A stretch of 64,000 nucleotides of DNA, taken from assembly GCA_964252035.1 (NCBI GenBank), contig OZ176200.1. One strand, 5' to 3'. Shown piece after piece: positions 61,872 through 64,000 of the stretch; positions within the stretch are counted from its first letter, which is position 1, and every line of letters begins with the position of its first letter. The translations under genes were made by a program, and so were the position numbers. The notes beneath the pieces were generated by a model, which saw only the letters and a list, made by a program, of their open reading frames with translations, was not told where the DNA came from and did no database searches. The DNA comes from Podarcis erhardii (taxonomy: Eukaryota).

Positions 61872-64000
61872 GTTTGGGATAGGATAGACTTGAGCTAAAA
61901 AGCTCCTTTTATTTTCAGTATTCTGCTTTGTCCCTTTGTGCTGTCCTTTGGCTTCTTATTCCTAATAAATGTTAAATAATTGGACCACTGGGTTTGTGTG
62001 AATTATTGCCAACTCTCAGGGTTCGTGTAATAATTCTCATGGCCTAAGCCACTTGCTTCATGCTACAGAGGTGTAGGATTGAGGTCGAAATAGAAAAGCA
62101 GGATGCTGTTATCTCTAGATGGAGGACACAGGGAGATGGGTGCTGGCTCTGCTCCCCTTGTAAACTGAGAGGCATATTGGCAGAGAAAACCACGTTTCTT
62201 TCAGCCAAGGAGGGTCAAGTAAACTGAATGCTACCTCTGAGTCCCTGTGTATGTGTTTGCCTGAAATACCCCAAATCCTCTCCTGTCTGGGAGCTGTAGG
62301 AGTTAAGAGGACAAGGATGGTGGCAGCAATTCCCAAATAGTTTGGGACATGACTAGTCTACTTTGAAAGGCAGTTGTGTAAGGAAAGGAATAAGCAGGCT
62401 GCAATCCAATATGCAGTTATACACATACAAGTCAAACCAAGTTCAGTGGAAATTACACACTCATGACTAGGGCAAGGCTGCAACTTTAATTTGCATTGCA
62501 TAACCAAATTAGAAGTATTTTTACAAACCCAAATTAAAAGGCAGCTTTCAACAAATCTTGCAACAGGAATTAATGAAATGTAAGGTGGGTGTGAAATAAG
62601 GGAGCTTAGTGCTTGTATACTGCAAAAATCCATAAACCCTTAATTTTTTTTTAATTAAATAGGGTTAATCTATGTTTAGATCTAAAATATACATATGACA
62701 TCATTTAAAAGGAAGCGGATTGACTGGAATGAAATATGAGATTTTCTGTTGTCTCTGCTGCAGGAAAAGTTGGATGACTAAAGGTAAAAATCCAACTATT
62801 ACATAGTTCCTTCCTCTATGACTGCCGCCTGTTCTGATTATATGCATCTATTTTCAAAGAGCTTCTACGCCATGCAGTAAGTTTTTCTGTGACTGCTATG
62901 ATAAGGAAACCTTTAGCTCAAAAGCAGTGTGAGCAAGAGGTATCTTTGTACACAAGCACTTCCTGTTTTCATTCCATGATCAAATATGTTCTTTGCAGGG
63001 CAAACAGGGGAGCACTTGAGGGAGGAAAGCAGAGATTTCTGAGAGGCTAATTGAGTGTACTAAAGAGCTGTTTGGCATGGAGGGAAAAGGAGTTTTCCAA
63101 GGCTATGAATAAAGGCTGCATGGGTCAGATTTCTTGCTGTTCCTTTTCTTTAACTATCTTTGAAGTTAAATAACAACAGCCTTGATGTCAGGTTTACCCT
63201 TCTGATATCATAATCTTTATGTACTACTGAGAAGCTTATACTACCAGGCTAGGATTTCCTTTACCCACTCAAATACTGGATATTATCCAGAAAAAGCATG
63301 CACATTTTCTAGCAATTCATCCTAAGATCCTTTCATCTTCCTGTACCATTGTAATACTTAATGTAAGGCAGATACCAATTGCAGAATGAGAACACGGTTG
63401 AATTATTATGCAAGCATTGGAGGTTTCTATCCACATAGTTTGTTCTTAGTATTATGGAAGTTTTTCCAAAAACTGAAATAGTGGAAAACTACTATATACA
63501 GTTATGAAACAATGTGATGAAAGTCAGTCAGTGGGTCAAATTAATTCATGTAGAGTTATCAATCAAGATCAACATGTCATTTTAGCAATTTTGGAAGTAA
63601 AATAGTTCTTAAGATGAACCATATTTCCTATTTATAAAATATATATTCCACAAAAATTTCACATTGCACAGAAATTTTTGAGCTTACTTTAAGCTTAAAG
63701 CAAAAATGGCTTGCCTCCCAGGCAAAGCAGAGGTTAATGATTTTTGTCATATTGAAACTAACAATTGCTACAGTTGGCCTTTAGTATTTTATTTGTCCTT
63801 TTGAGGTATTCAGAATAGGTGACAATAGCTTGCAGTTGAGAACATATGTAGAGAGACCCCTGTGGCTTATGGAAAAAGTTGCTCCATGCTGGTTGGGAGT
63901 TTGAAAAAAAATACAACCAGAGTTCTTTTATGTCCCTTTCATTAATGAGAATGCATGAATGTCAAAATGCACCAATGGGCCATTCAAGGGGCAAAGCCTT

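Noticed and set aside
61311-61872. Long overlapping ORFs (107-141 aa) with repeated peptides
   Set aside because: They are a by-product of the GC-rich tandem hairpin array inside the MITE.
1-64000. Prokaryotic systems (CRISPR array, operons, defence islands, rRNA or tRNA genes)
   Set aside because: The sequence is vertebrate genomic DNA with squamate SINEs and LINEs. There is no repeat-spacer array, dense ORF packing or intact tRNA; tRNA-like pieces are SINE heads.

Overview
This is eukaryotic, AT-rich vertebrate DNA, not a prokaryotic locus. The repeats point to a squamate reptile, most likely a lacertid lizard: two full-length Sauria SINEs with ACCTTT-type tails, tRNA/CR1-tail SINEs, L2, CR1, RTE, L1 and RTE-X-like LINE relics, Penelope-like ends, and many hAT and Tc1/mariner MITEs with intact target-site duplications (TSDs). 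It contains four short N gaps and several microsatellites. I found no CpG island, rRNA, tRNA gene, CRISPR array, operon or intact autonomous element. The window reads as long-intron or intergenic sequence. The best coding evidence is a phase-consistent chain of spliced exons on the minus strand (57504-57395, 55582-55479, 52163-52114) encoding a peptide I do not recognise, so no gene symbol is given. The most notable structures are a ~100-bp near-perfect Penelope-type hairpin with a 16-bp flanking duplication, a MITE carrying a triplicated nested-hairpin array, several micro-exon-like splice-site pairs (3, 5, 6, 7, 17 and 27 nt), a 191-codon open frame antisense to a candidate exon, and CTCF, RFX and POU-type motifs. 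I found no convincing evidence of a novel multi-gene system. All gene-level calls need RNA-seq or homology confirmation.
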